Origin: a virus
Lineage: Duplodnaviria; Caudoviricetes
Virus record (IMG/VR): IMGVR_UViG_3300037851_000332
Coordinates: 1-57,295 of that record
Reading direction: 5' to 3' (one strand)
Length of the DNA: 57,295 nucleotides
The notes below the pieces were generated by a model that was not told the origin of the DNA, did no database searches, and worked only from the letters and a program-made list of their open reading frames with translations. The stretch's first letter is position 1. The number at the start of each line of letters is the position of its first letter. Shown here piece by piece: positions 25,264 through 35,249 of the stretch. The position numbers were made by a program, and so were the translations under genes.

Positions 25264-25682
25264 TGAACGAGGCGCGCGAAGCCGCGCAATTATCTAATGA
25301 CCCGAATACCAAAGTTGGATGTGTGATATCGGGTATCAAAGGTGGAGTAAGTGGATATAATTATTTGATAAAGGATGGCATGACCCGTGACCCAGACGGT
25401 CACGGGTTCACGAAGTATGATTATGCCATCCATGCGGAGATCCAAGCCCTCTGCAACTACCTAGTATCCTTCGGCCTGCCAACTGGCGACGAGGTAGTGT
25501 ACGTTACACACTTGCCATGCACAAACTGCATCAAGCATCTAGCCTTCTATGGTTTGAAGCATTTGTGCATTTGCTTAGATGGCAAGACTCACTCATTGGA
25601 AGAGAGCCGCTCGTTGTGGCTGTTACAGGATTTGGGATTTACGGTATCGTGGATCGCAGGAAAGGAACCTCGTGGACCTTGA
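25260..25682 (+). CDS. dCMP deaminase-like zinc deaminase
   Basis: SNDPNTKVG, GYN, HAE, PCTNC. Confidence 0.88.
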   Translation: MMNEAREAAQLSNDPNTKVGCVISGIKGGVSGYNYLIKDGMTRDPDGHGFTKYDYAIHAEIQALCNYLVSFGLPTGDEVVYVTHLPCTNCIKHLAFYGLKHLCICLDGKTHSLEESRSLWLLQDLGFTVSWIAGKEPRGP

Positions 25683-26532
25683 AGAACTAGAATCCTTATC
25701 ACTCGACGACGTGCCTCGGTCACAAATCATAAAGGCCCCGTTCGGGTACCCTGGCGGCAAGAGCAAGTCCTTGGACTACATCCTGCCTCGCCTCCCATAC
25801 CGAGAACGGTACGTGGAGGTCTTCGGCGGGTCGGGAGCCGTGCTGCTGGCTAGGCGACCCTGCAAATGTGAAGTATTCAACGATGCATATAGTGGCATAA
25901 CTGATTTCTATAAGGTCATACAATCACCTAGGTGCCAGGAACTTATAGACTGGACACGGGCTAATATCCACAGCCGTGAGCTGTTCACCTACTATCGCGA
26001 CACCTGGACCGATATCAAAGATCCATTTGAACGGGCATGTCGTTGGTTCTATCTGGTTAAGGCCAGTTTCAGCGGTCTGGGCCGACAATATGGGCGCTCG
26101 CTGACTAACAACGCCTTCGTCAATAAGCTATATAATTGCTTAGGCGACCTAGCTGGCGTACATGAACGTCTCAAGGGCGTGTGCATCGAGAATGCTGATT
26201 GGCGTAAGATCCTGTCTGATTACGATTCGCCACAGACAGTTTTCTACCTCGACCCGCCGTACGTGGACGCCTACTCGGGCACCTACGCCAACGAACTGAC
26301 GATACAGGATCATAAAGAACTGATCGCCACGGTCAGTAGGTTACAGGGCTTCGTTGCTATATCTGGATACACAAACCCACTCTATGAAGCAGCCGAGTGG
26401 GACGCTCGTTTTGAGTGGGACGTGAAAGTCTGGATGGATTCAGGGGCTGCGACGGAATCGAATAACAAAATGCATCTGGACGCTCACCGCCCCAAGAGTT
26501 CAACAAAGGAAGTCCTATGGGTGAAAGCCTGA
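25672..26532 (+). CDS. Dam/D12-class N6-adenine DNA methyltransferase
   Basis: YPGGKS, EVFGGSG, FND, DPPY; GTG start after AAGGA. Confidence 0.92.
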   Translation: MDLEELESLSLDDVPRSQIIKAPFGYPGGKSKSLDYILPRLPYRERYVEVFGGSGAVLLARRPCKCEVFNDAYSGITDFYKVIQSPRCQELIDWTRANIHSRELFTYYRDTWTDIKDPFERACRWFYLVKASFSGLGRQYGRSLTNNAFVNKLYNCLGDLAGVHERLKGVCIENADWRKILSDYDSPQTVFYLDPPYVDAYSGTYANELTIQDHKELIATVSRLQGFVAISGYTNPLYEAAEWDARFEWDVKVWMDSGAATESNNKMHLDAHRPKSSTKEVLWVKA

Positions 26533-27095
26533 TCTCGTGTATCGAACGGCTAGCCATAGAGGCTAGTGCAGGGTTTCTGTCAGCCTCACCGCAAGCAGAG
26601 TACGTGCCGCATCGGCTTATACATCTTATTAAGGCCGCAAAACAGGCGCGACCACCTGGGCTCTGCTTGGAGTTCGGCGTTGGACACGGCGGCAGCTTAG
26701 GGTTGTTGCAGAAAGAGGTCGGGCGTACAATAGGCTTCGACTCGTTCACTGGGCTGCCAGAAGATTGGCGACCCGGCTTCCCGCGAGGGTCGTTTGCATG
26801 TGACCCTCCTAAGCTGCCTGACCTTGTGATCGGTAGGATTGAGGAGACGCTACCTAAGTTCATCGAGGCCAATTCCACTCCCTGGTCGTTCGTACACATC
26901 GACACCGACCTATACAGCGTTGCTGCCCTGATACTTGAAATCGGGCTGTGGCAGATAGGCTCGATCATAGTGTTCGACGAGCACCACGGCTATCCGGGCT
27001 GGCAGCTTCACGAAGCTGCTGCACTTGCTGAATGGCCTGGGCGATATGACGTGATATCGTATAGTGAACAACAACTAGCTATAAGGATCAAATGA
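26517..27095 (+). CDS. TylF/MycF-like class I SAM-dependent O-methyltransferase
   Basis: LEFGV..G, GFDSFTGLPEDW, HIDTDLY, FDE. Confidence 0.85.
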   Translation: MGESLISCIERLAIEASAGFLSASPQAEYVPHRLIHLIKAAKQARPPGLCLEFGVGHGGSLGLLQKEVGRTIGFDSFTGLPEDWRPGFPRGSFACDPPKLPDLVIGRIEETLPKFIEANSTPWSFVHIDTDLYSVAALILEIGLWQIGSIIVFDEHHGYPGWQLHEAAALAEWPGRYDVISYSEQQLAIRIK

Positions 27096-27853
27096 AGAAC
27101 TCTCCTCCCACGATGCAACACTTCAATGGGAATCCGTGTTGCGTAATCGACACCGAGACCTCTGGCCTCGACTCCACCTTCCATGAGATTCTTGAGATCG
27201 CCATCATCCCTCTTGACTACAATTTCGAGCCATGGAAAGGTTGTTTGCCATTCTACCTTCGCCTGAAACCAAATCACCCCGAGAGAATATCTCCCGAGGC
27301 GATTAGGATCAACAAGTTGAATGTGGCCAAGTGCATCGCCAATGGCGTGGATCAGGAAGCCGGATCTGAGCTTCTGCAAGAGTGGATACTCAAACTCAAC
27401 ATCCCGGCAAATAAGTATGGTTCGCCAAACCGTATCATGCCGCTAGGGCAGAACTACCAGTTCGACAAGGGCTTCATTCAACAGTGGCTCGGACCGGCAA
27501 CGTACGATAGCCTGTTTCATTACCACTATCGCGATACCATGGTATCGGCCCTCGCGCTCAATGATCGGGCTGGGTATTACGCTGAGCGCATTCCATTCCC
27601 GAAAGTGAATCTACAGTACCTGGCCACGACGCTTGGCGTTAAGACTCTCGGGGCGCATAATGCCCTACATGACGCGCTCACGACGGCTAAGGTGTATCAG
27701 AAACTGATGAAGTACCGCGAGGATTGGGCGTTACCCAACGGTGGGGCACTCCTTCCAGTTCCTCCAGAATTAGCCGCCGATGATGCACAAGATCAGGATT
27801 ATTGGAACCGTCTCGACCAACTGGCGCATACAAACGACACCCACGTGTTATAG
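27092..27853 (+). CDS. DEDDh 3'-5' exonuclease (DnaQ/RNase T-like)
   Basis: IDTETSG, QNYQFD, HNALHDA. Confidence 0.9.
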   Translation: MKNSPPTMQHFNGNPCCVIDTETSGLDSTFHEILEIAIIPLDYNFEPWKGCLPFYLRLKPNHPERISPEAIRINKLNVAKCIANGVDQEAGSELLQEWILKLNIPANKYGSPNRIMPLGQNYQFDKGFIQQWLGPATYDSLFHYHYRDTMVSALALNDRAGYYAERIPFPKVNLQYLATTLGVKTLGAHNALHDALTTAKVYQKLMKYREDWALPNGGALLPVPPELAADDAQDQDYWNRLDQLAHTNDTHVL

Positions 27854-28397
27854 CGTCGAAACAATATAGCGAAACACTCCTAGCGCCCGCCGCCTTGCAA
27901 ATTGCAATGGCGTGTCGGGCGCTAAGGTTTTTAGACCGGTCTGCGTCAAACACGTATACCGGACGCCCCTTATACAGGTATGCCGCGTAGGTGCTAGCTA
28001 GAATAGGCACCGGCTCGGTGATGTAGGGTGCCGTAGAGTGGTCCGTCTGGATGCCTAACGTCTTAGGATGCAGCTTGGCCACGACATTGGCGGCCCAATT
28101 CACACCTACGGCTACGTCATCGTCTATCTCGCGTAGGTGTGTCAGTGATTCGCCGCGTCCGACTATAGCTACACTCTTACCGGCTAGGGCAGCGTAGATA
28201 TTGGATATCGCGAGCCCAGTCCACTGAGGTAGCCACCTGCTCTCTCCAGCTATGCGGACGCATTGTTTGTCTAAGTAGGCTTCAAGTTCCTTATTGGGTC
28301 GGACAAGTAGGATGCTGCCATCCGCTAATCGCCTGAACTTGACCCTGTAGCGAGCCTCAAGATCAGATATGAACTGCCCTTGTCTATCGACACTCAC
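27687..28397 (-). CDS. MptE/Maf (DUF115)/sialyltransferase-like Rossmann protein
   Basis: VAIVGRGESL, GVN, GARSVSLYCFD match the IxGxGPSL...N...GxxxIxLxGxD pattern. Confidence 0.6.
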   Translation of the reverse strand: MSVDRQGQFISDLEARYRVKFRRLADGSILLVRPNKELEAYLDKQCVRIAGESRWLPQWTGLAISNIYAALAGKSVAIVGRGESLTHLREIDDDVAVGVNWAANVVAKLHPKTLGIQTDHSTAPYITEPVPILASTYAAYLYKGRPVYVFDADRSKNLSARHAIAICKAAGARSVSLYCFDAITRGCRLYAPVGRDGSNNPDLVHHRRLILEELEGVPHRWVTPNPRGTSSVSDTP

Positions 28398-28650
28398 GGC
28401 AAATAGCCCTCGTTACCTGTTGATCGCGTTTGACGCACCAAGTACGGTTGCGTTGGCAGCAGCCCTCGCGTATCTCCTTCGTACTCCGAAATGGGCACGG
28501 CCGCACGGATACAACACACACGTACGGGTCACCTGGGTCTGGCTCATAGCCCTCTGGCGCGATTGGCGGCGGCCCACGATGAGCGTAGACTAGCGAGCCG
28601 TCCGCTAGTCGTCGGGCCCTATTACCATTTGTCGATAGGGCAAGCCTCAT
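28384..28650 (-). CDS. Cys-rich hypothetical protein
   Basis: RRLADGS, PPP..EGYE.DPGDP, several Cys; start uncertain. Confidence 0.55.
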   Translation of the reverse strand: MRLALSTNGNRARRLADGSLVYAHRGPPPIAPEGYEPDPGDPYVCVVSVRPCPFRSTKEIREGCCQRNRTWCVKRDQQVTRAICRECR

Positions 28651-29473
28651 ACGCAAGTCGCTGCTTGAGCCCGAGGTAGCAGCCACATTTGAGGCATCGG
28701 TCTGGTCGGCTGAAGTTGCAGGCATTGCAGATGTCCTTTCTGGATCGCAGTACTTTGTCGTCGGCCTCGACATTATTAATAATAGTAGGTAGCGACCTGG
28801 CCAGGGACGCCGCCAGCTGGAACAGCCCAGGCTTCGGTGTGTACTCGCGGCACTCAGGACCAAGGACTAGGGTACCGTGCTCGCCTTTAAAGACCAAGGT
28901 ATCCCCAGCAGATAGCCCGAGGCGTTCGCACGTGGCTAGATATCCGGTATCAAGTGCTAAGGAAGCCGCAGCATCAAGGTCTCCGCCTACTGATTCCTGG
29001 GTGAGCGTGATGCGTTGGAAGTAATCTTCTACTGCACGCGTGGGGTCGCCATGCACGGCCTGGACCCAAGAGCGGTTCCAGGCTTTGAGCCTGCTATAGT
29101 CCTCAGCACGATACTCGTCGCCTGGAGTGTTATAGAGTAAGATTGTCGATATGTCCATCAGCCCAGCCTTGTAGGCTGTGAGCATATTGTCCGTTACAAC
29201 CAGCCTGGCGAACCTAATGTCCAACTGATCGGGCACTCCATGTGCGTCTACATAGATGTCATACTGGCTCGGCCAGGCCAAAACTGGTTTGCTCCCTACA
29301 GGGCCTGCATAATGCAGGCCCTCTTTCGTTTCTGTCGTGTGGTTACATTTGGGGTACAGATACAGGTCACTCGTTATGCAGACCTCATCCGCAGGCTTGA
29401 CAACCTCGTGGAGCCAAGGCAAGTAGCCGTAATAGTACCATATCGTATCTGGACTATAAGCCGCGTAGATCAT
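28622..29473 (-). CDS. Hypothetical protein with possible degenerate glycosyltransferase N-terminus and C-terminal DUF6171-like zinc finger
   Basis: C-terminal R..IC..C....C..CGC...K......CP..KW. Confidence 0.6.
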   Translation of the reverse strand: MIYAAYSPDTIWYYYGYLPWLHEVVKPADEVCITSDLYLYPKCNHTTETKEGLHYAGPVGSKPVLAWPSQYDIYVDAHGVPDQLDIRFARLVVTDNMLTAYKAGLMDISTILLYNTPGDEYRAEDYSRLKAWNRSWVQAVHGDPTRAVEDYFQRITLTQESVGGDLDAAASLALDTGYLATCERLGLSAGDTLVFKGEHGTLVLGPECREYTPKPGLFQLAASLARSLPTIINNVEADDKVLRSRKDICNACNFSRPDRCLKCGCYLGLKQRLAYEACPIDKW

Positions 29474-30597
29474 GCTTCACAGTACACAGGCATCCACCAT
29501 ATGATGCCTTTCTTCGGGTGGGTGATCCAGAGAGCCTGTTGCGGAGCCTCGTAGGAGAAGTTGTTCTTGTAGGCGTACTCGTCGTACCCTTTCAGTGACC
29601 CTCCGGCGATAAGTCCGCCATATTGCGCAGTCTGGTGCCAATGTCCAAAGACCAGGTAATCATACCCGCGGCCTACAGCGGCTTCACGCTTACGCTTACG
29701 ATAGTCGCCGATCATCCACGGAGCAAGCGCGCCCTGGATACCGCCGCCTCCGTGGAATGAATCGCCGTGGGTCATGTGGTAACGCCACTTGTAGACCGTC
29801 CAGCTTATGTCAACGCTGTCTGATACTTCGACAGTGATTCGAGGATCGTCAGCAACCTCGCGTTTCGTAAGCTCGCCAATCATCCAGTCCCACGATTCGT
29901 GGGCAGCGCCCTTGGCACGAGGTTTCTTATCAAGGCGTCCGTGGTTACCCACCACAAACGGACAGTAGACCTTCCCGAAGGCTTCCGCCAACCGTCTCAA
30001 TGATTCGGCCAATAGAGCTGAGCACTCAAGGACCGCCTTAGTGGCGCACGCGGCGTTCGTCTCTCGAAGCTCATCGTGAATGGTGCCACTGAACATGTCC
30101 CCGCCGACCGGGACTACAATACCTGGGTACTCTGCATCACGTAACCGTTGAGTGAGCAGTTCAACCGTAGTGTCCACGACGTGCGATACTCTGGCACGCG
30201 CGATAGCTGGGTTGTAGTGGTTGATGCCTCCTACTTGATTCGCCTGGACGACCTCACCATAGTGCCAATCTGTGAAGAACAACGTTGGCGTACCTGGGCA
30301 ATGAGCACCCTTCGCTGGCTTAGTCAGCCACTCCATGTTTGGCTTGGGCTGGGCCTTGATATCCGATATCAGCGTGCGGATCCAGTCAGCGGTAACGGCC
30401 CGCTTCTCAGCCTCGCCTAGTGCTCGTTGAAGATCAACAACTTGTTGCCTGAGTCGAGACTCCTCGAACGAATGGTCCTTAAGCTTGACTGCCGTAATCA
30501 CCTTTCGCACCTGATCGCGTGTTGTGCCAAGACGTTCAGCAGTCTCGCGAATGCTACCGGTCGCCCGGTAGGTGTCAATGACGATTGAGTCGTTCAC
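29470..30597 (-). CDS. Calcineurin-like metallophosphoesterase with N-terminal HTH/coiled coil
   Basis: DWH, GD, GNHG, HGD, GHWH motifs. Confidence 0.88.
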   Translation of the reverse strand: MNDSIVIDTYRATGSIRETAERLGTTRDQVRKVITAVKLKDHSFEESRLRQQVVDLQRALGEAEKRAVTADWIRTLISDIKAQPKPNMEWLTKPAKGAHCPGTPTLFFTDWHYGEVVQANQVGGINHYNPAIARARVSHVVDTTVELLTQRLRDAEYPGIVVPVGGDMFSGTIHDELRETNAACATKAVLECSALLAESLRRLAEAFGKVYCPFVVGNHGRLDKKPRAKGAAHESWDWMIGELTKREVADDPRITVEVSDSVDISWTVYKWRYHMTHGDSFHGGGGIQGALAPWMIGDYRKRKREAAVGRGYDYLVFGHWHQTAQYGGLIAGGSLKGYDEYAYKNNFSYEAPQQALWITHPKKGIIWWMPVYCEA

Positions 30598-30607
30598 TCT
30601 TGGTCTC

Positions 30608-31699
30608 CTAGTACGGACTTAACTTAAGGATGCTTGACCAGCCAATATAGTATATGTCGTCACCACTAGTAACCCACTCAGCATAGTCATCGCTATCTGC
30701 TGCATCAATAGCACCACTTGCTAGATACCCAGTCTCATACATACTCGCTCCATCACTATAATATGCCCAGCCATCGGAGTCTATGTACATTGGGTTGAGA
30801 TACATTCCAGACCAGATACTTGTGAGTGTGTATGTTAATATCCATGAAGTTCCTGACCAGTAATAGTGGTAACCATTTGACTGCGCATACACTATAACGT
30901 CTTTTATATTTTGTATTCTCCAATCAGATGTGGGGCTTACCGACCCAAGTTCTGACCATGTAGACCCGTCCCAGGCAAAGATTCCATCCGAAAAAATCGC
31001 GTAAATTGTGCCAGCTAGGTAACACGCGTCATAACACGCTTCTGACTTAGTTCCAATTTGAGATTGTGTTGACCCAGAGATCAAATAGAGTCCAGCACCC
31101 TGGTAACATACATAGAGAGAGCCATTAAAGATGAACCATCTACCGCCGTCACCTGTGATTGACGGACTTAAGTTAGCCCAAGTAGATCCTGTCCAATACT
31201 GGTTCGTTCCGTAGGAGAGTGTGTATAGCGTTGAACCGTGATATACTAGCGAACCGTAGTGTGTCTTAACACCTAATCTAGACCAAGCCGATCCAGTCCA
31301 ATACTGAACATATAGGTTAAGACTTCCAGCTGGGTAACCTAGAGTGGCATAGAGGGTCGATCCACCAAAGGCGATTGAACCGGATCTTGTGTCTGAACTA
31401 GATCCAATCCTAGTCCACGAACTGCCGTCGTACCTAAAGACACCTTCCCAAGCTGCCACATATAGGTATCCACTCTCAGCAATTATACGTGTGCCTCTAG
31501 AAACTGGATCTGTAGAATATAATTCAGTCCATGCTCCTGAGATAACTGTGTAGACCTTATCAGAATAGACAAGCTTCCACGCAGTACCGTCGTGGCAGTA
31601 ACCTCGTTTGGCCTTCCGCCAAGCGCTTCCACTATGTACGTGGATCTGCTTGGCTTTGCGCCAAGCAGATCCATCGTGAATATATGTTTCGATACTCAT
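30608..31699 (-). CDS. Tail-associated beta-propeller / receptor-binding-like protein
   Basis: N-terminal HDGSAWRK repeats and repeated (Y/W)(D/T)GS(S/T)W blades; AT-rich. Confidence 0.65.
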   Translation of the reverse strand: MSIETYIHDGSAWRKAKQIHVHSGSAWRKAKRGYCHDGTAWKLVYSDKVYTVISGAWTELYSTDPVSRGTRIIAESGYLYVAAWEGVFRYDGSSWTRIGSSSDTRSGSIAFGGSTLYATLGYPAGSLNLYVQYWTGSAWSRLGVKTHYGSLVYHGSTLYTLSYGTNQYWTGSTWANLSPSITGDGGRWFIFNGSLYVCYQGAGLYLISGSTQSQIGTKSEACYDACYLAGTIYAIFSDGIFAWDGSTWSELGSVSPTSDWRIQNIKDVIVYAQSNGYHYYWSGTSWILTYTLTSIWSGMYLNPMYIDSDGWAYYSDGASMYETGYLASGAIDAADSDDYAEWVTSGDDIYYIGWSSILKLSPY

Positions 31700-31700
31700 A

Positions 31701-34700
31701 TTAGTAGATGAAGTATAGCTGGCCCTTTTTGCCAGTTTCGGTTGGAGCAGTCGTGGTCGTGGTGATCGTGGTCACGTCACACACGTCGAACGTCGTCCCA
31801 CCACGCTTGTTCTTGATCCGATCCTTCTCGATCTGGACTTCGTTGTTTGAGTCCTCGTAGACCTTGACTCTTGTAGTACCGTCGCTTAGGGCCAAGTACT
31901 TTGTAGTGGAACCATTGGCAAACAGTTGTAGTTCAGTAGTAGTCTCGTAGACTAGTGTTTCCAGTCCTAACTGATATTCGAATCTCGAAGATCCAGAGTT
32001 ATAGGTGCTGGTTATGTGTGTACCAGGCTGGGTAACGAAGACGTTCGTGCCATCGCTACGCAAGAAAGCCGGCCGGACCCCGCTGAGTATATTTGACAAA
32101 CTACCACTTGGGCCGCCAGTGTAGTTGCCTGCTACCAGTGGATAAGGCCATGACCCGCCAATGAGAACTTTCCAATCTCCTGCATTCGGCCCTGCTTCGA
32201 CGACTAGGCCGTACATGAGGGATGTCTGGCCGCCATTGGTCAGTGTCCAACCTGAGACATAACAGACTGCTTTTCCGACTGCCCATGTTTCAGCCCCAGC
32301 GTTGACGATGATTGTTAACGTGCTAAAGTCGCCAGACTCGATACCGAGTATCGAGATATCATCGCTCGCGAAAGTCTTACTGCTTTGAGTAGCGATGATC
32401 GTTGCACTATTGATCTGATCTGTGCCAAGGGTGAACTTGAGGTCTGACGCTGACCAGTCGCCTAAGCTGTCAGTAGTGATGCTGGTTAGTTCTGACGCAC
32501 CTTTGTAGAGCTTCTCTGCCGGGTCATCGGTGGTTATCGTGATCGTGTAGGTAGTCAATGGTGCCCCACCAGTCAGTGAAACTCCGAATACTTCATCCCG
32601 TTGAATGACGTTGGGCGTCGTCCACGAGATGGACGCATCCGATACCCCAACTGCCTCGCTTGGACCGATCTTCGGGTTACCCAACACGTAGATGGAGAGT
32701 GTATCGTCGCCAGAACCCCCGGTGATCTGGAGGTTTGTCAATGTAGCTAGGCCGTTGACGAACGTGATGCTCGACTTGTTGATTGTATCAGACCCGTCAG
32801 AACGGCTGGAGTAGAGTGTGAATGTCCCGTTGACCCGAGATATCTGGCCGTCAAAAGACTGGACCGTTACAGCCACGGTATAGTTTTTAGCTCGCTTAAG
32901 CACGTCTGGCCAGTTGACCGATAACTTATATTCTTTGGAGGGCTCTACAGCCGTGGAAACTGGCTTTTCAGGCTGTATGGTGTAATCGACTTCAACTAGA
33001 CCAGCCACAACGCTCGCCGGGGTTGAGGTCCATCCTGTCACAGGATTGGCTGGGTCCCCGGACCAGTAATTGACATCGTTGATCGGCTCACCCAACGTAA
33101 CGACGCCAGTTTTAGAGGCTAGCTCTAGATCGACTGAGATCTTATGTTCCAACGTATCATGGTCGATATTGATGACTTGCCCATCCAGCGTGTTTGTTGA
33201 GAGAGTGTCAACGGAGACACTCATCGGATCAAACGGCTGATAAGCTGCTAGAGGCAAGTAGCTAGTCGCTTTAACTCTCCGCCAAGCGTTAGATTTACGA
33301 TATCCGTTGAAAGCCGCACTTAGTTTGACCAGACCCTCGATATTGTATATCCAATATTCCTCAGAAGATTCAACCAGGCCAAACGTCGAGACATTGTTGC
33401 TATACTCGTATGTGAGTGGATCAACTGACAGATCCCGGCTCCAAGACACGATGAGCTTCGTAGCTATGTCCTCAATAGGACGGAAGGACATAGCAAACGA
33501 GGGCCCGTCGATCTGCGCAATACTTAGGTCAACAATCCCGGCTGCTCCACGACTACCGTAGCCAGCCCGCGTTACATACTGGTCAGGGCTTTCGCTCAGG
33601 CACTTAACACCAAACGTTGTCCCACTGAACTGCACAGCTAGCCGGCTCTGATATGCGATATCGGCCACGAGGTCGAGGGCGTCACGTAGATCCCGGACCG
33701 CACAGCCTATGGGGAACAGGTCGTAGTGAGTCTTTAGGTTCGTGATGTATGTCGTCGACGCGAACGTGTAGTCAGTGTAGGTGTCGATCAGGTACTCAAT
33801 AGCCGACACACTGTTGGCTGTGAGACTAGAAGTCTGAGTCACGTAAATTACCTCATCCGCCCAACCTTCGTCACGCTCGTCCAAAGAGACAGGGAACTCT
33901 AGGTACGCGCAGCCCGACCTGATGCCTAATGTGTTGTTGAGGTACTTGGTATAGTAGCTAGATGGAACTGCTACAATCTCGGTCTTGCTATCTACGGTTC
34001 GACTCGCGAAGACCTGGTGCACAGTAGACGTAGGGGCGAGATTGATAATGTATCGATCCGTTCCTAGGATCCTGAACTCGTCGCTAGCCGCTGAGATAAC
34101 ACCAGTTTGGAATGTGTCGTAATTGACTGAGCTAGTGGTACCCCCGAAAATCGGGCTCGTGTAGCTATAATACCTAGGATACTTATACTCGCCCCAGGCA
34201 GCCTTAGGTATCCCGGCAACATTGTTGATCGTGCCAGAAGCTAAGGCTACTGGCTCATTAGCCGCGTCCAGCCAAGGGGTGGCGAAGACACATTTGGTGC
34301 CCTCTTGCCCAATGCAATAATTAATACGCCCAATCGAAGAGATGTAGCAATACTTCCCTACGAGATTCACACCGGAGGCAACCCACAGCACAGCCGGGTC
34401 TGCTAGAGCATCCCCGCGGGCTTGGATGGCTAGAGAAGTATAGTAATCTTTGTTATTCGTTGAGATGTTGAACGTATTGCCTGTGAACGAACCGCTCATC
34501 AGCAGCCACGACCATCGCTCCGCAGCGGGGGACGTAAAGAATGGGAAATAATATGCCTGTTCAGCGGACCTGATGTCATGAATCACCCAATACTTGACCT
34601 TGAGCCTAGCGTCTACTGAACCTCCAGGCAACGAGTCGTTGCTATCGACGATGAAGCTGGTCGTGGACAAGTCCTCAGACATGAAGGTCTGGGTCCTGCC

Positions 34701-35249
34701 CTTGACCGTGCCAGTAACTTTGTCGCAAGGCAACTTGATTACAGAGCCGAACACCAGCGGCCAGGGCTTACCCTCTGCATCTCGCAGTAGGCCAGAGACA
34801 TCTCCGGCTTTCGGGGCGTAACCCACGTCGCCGGACTTCAAGGTCTCGATACTGAAAGATAACTGGCGAGTCCGCTCTTGATATCCAATATCAGACGTGA
34901 TTCGACCAGTTAACAGGCTAGAAAGGTCTTCTGAGTCAGCATAGGCTAGATACAGAGTAGCCGATAGGCCTTCTATAGCTGTGTCCTTCATGCGACTTTC
35001 TAACGAGCCATCAGTGTCGTTGAGGGTTACAGACACTGCGCCGATTGATCCCGAGTTTGTAGCTTGTATAGCCTCAGCCAAACCCCCTAGACTAGCTACG
35101 GCTCCGACCGCAGTCGTCGCGCCTAGCGTGACATCTCGATCTGCGTAATTGACAGTACCACTCGGCCACGCTATTTGTAGAATAACCAGAGGCTCAGTGC
35201 CAGCGGCCAGGTTGATCCTGGCCGCTAGTTCGGCTGCTAGTTGCTTCAT
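31701..35249 (-). CDS. Large tail tip / hub (host-specificity) protein
   Basis: 1182 aa, GKPWPLVFG motif typical of tail-tip proteins, Ig-like beta-rich C-terminus, position after tape measure. Confidence 0.75.
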   Translation of the reverse strand: MKQLAAELAARINLAAGTEPLVILQIAWPSGTVNYADRDVTLGATTAVGAVASLGGLAEAIQATNSGSIGAVSVTLNDTDGSLESRMKDTAIEGLSATLYLAYADSEDLSSLLTGRITSDIGYQERTRQLSFSIETLKSGDVGYAPKAGDVSGLLRDAEGKPWPLVFGSVIKLPCDKVTGTVKGRTQTFMSEDLSTTSFIVDSNDSLPGGSVDARLKVKYWVIHDIRSAEQAYYFPFFTSPAAERWSWLLMSGSFTGNTFNISTNNKDYYTSLAIQARGDALADPAVLWVASGVNLVGKYCYISSIGRINYCIGQEGTKCVFATPWLDAANEPVALASGTINNVAGIPKAAWGEYKYPRYYSYTSPIFGGTTSSVNYDTFQTGVISAASDEFRILGTDRYIINLAPTSTVHQVFASRTVDSKTEIVAVPSSYYTKYLNNTLGIRSGCAYLEFPVSLDERDEGWADEVIYVTQTSSLTANSVSAIEYLIDTYTDYTFASTTYITNLKTHYDLFPIGCAVRDLRDALDLVADIAYQSRLAVQFSGTTFGVKCLSESPDQYVTRAGYGSRGAAGIVDLSIAQIDGPSFAMSFRPIEDIATKLIVSWSRDLSVDPLTYEYSNNVSTFGLVESSEEYWIYNIEGLVKLSAAFNGYRKSNAWRRVKATSYLPLAAYQPFDPMSVSVDTLSTNTLDGQVINIDHDTLEHKISVDLELASKTGVVTLGEPINDVNYWSGDPANPVTGWTSTPASVVAGLVEVDYTIQPEKPVSTAVEPSKEYKLSVNWPDVLKRAKNYTVAVTVQSFDGQISRVNGTFTLYSSRSDGSDTINKSSITFVNGLATLTNLQITGGSGDDTLSIYVLGNPKIGPSEAVGVSDASISWTTPNVIQRDEVFGVSLTGGAPLTTYTITITTDDPAEKLYKGASELTSITTDSLGDWSASDLKFTLGTDQINSATIIATQSSKTFASDDISILGIESGDFSTLTIIVNAGAETWAVGKAVCYVSGWTLTNGGQTSLMYGLVVEAGPNAGDWKVLIGGSWPYPLVAGNYTGGPSGSLSNILSGVRPAFLRSDGTNVFVTQPGTHITSTYNSGSSRFEYQLGLETLVYETTTELQLFANGSTTKYLALSDGTTRVKVYEDSNNEVQIEKDRIKNKRGGTTFDVCDVTTITTTTTAPTETGKKGQLYFIY

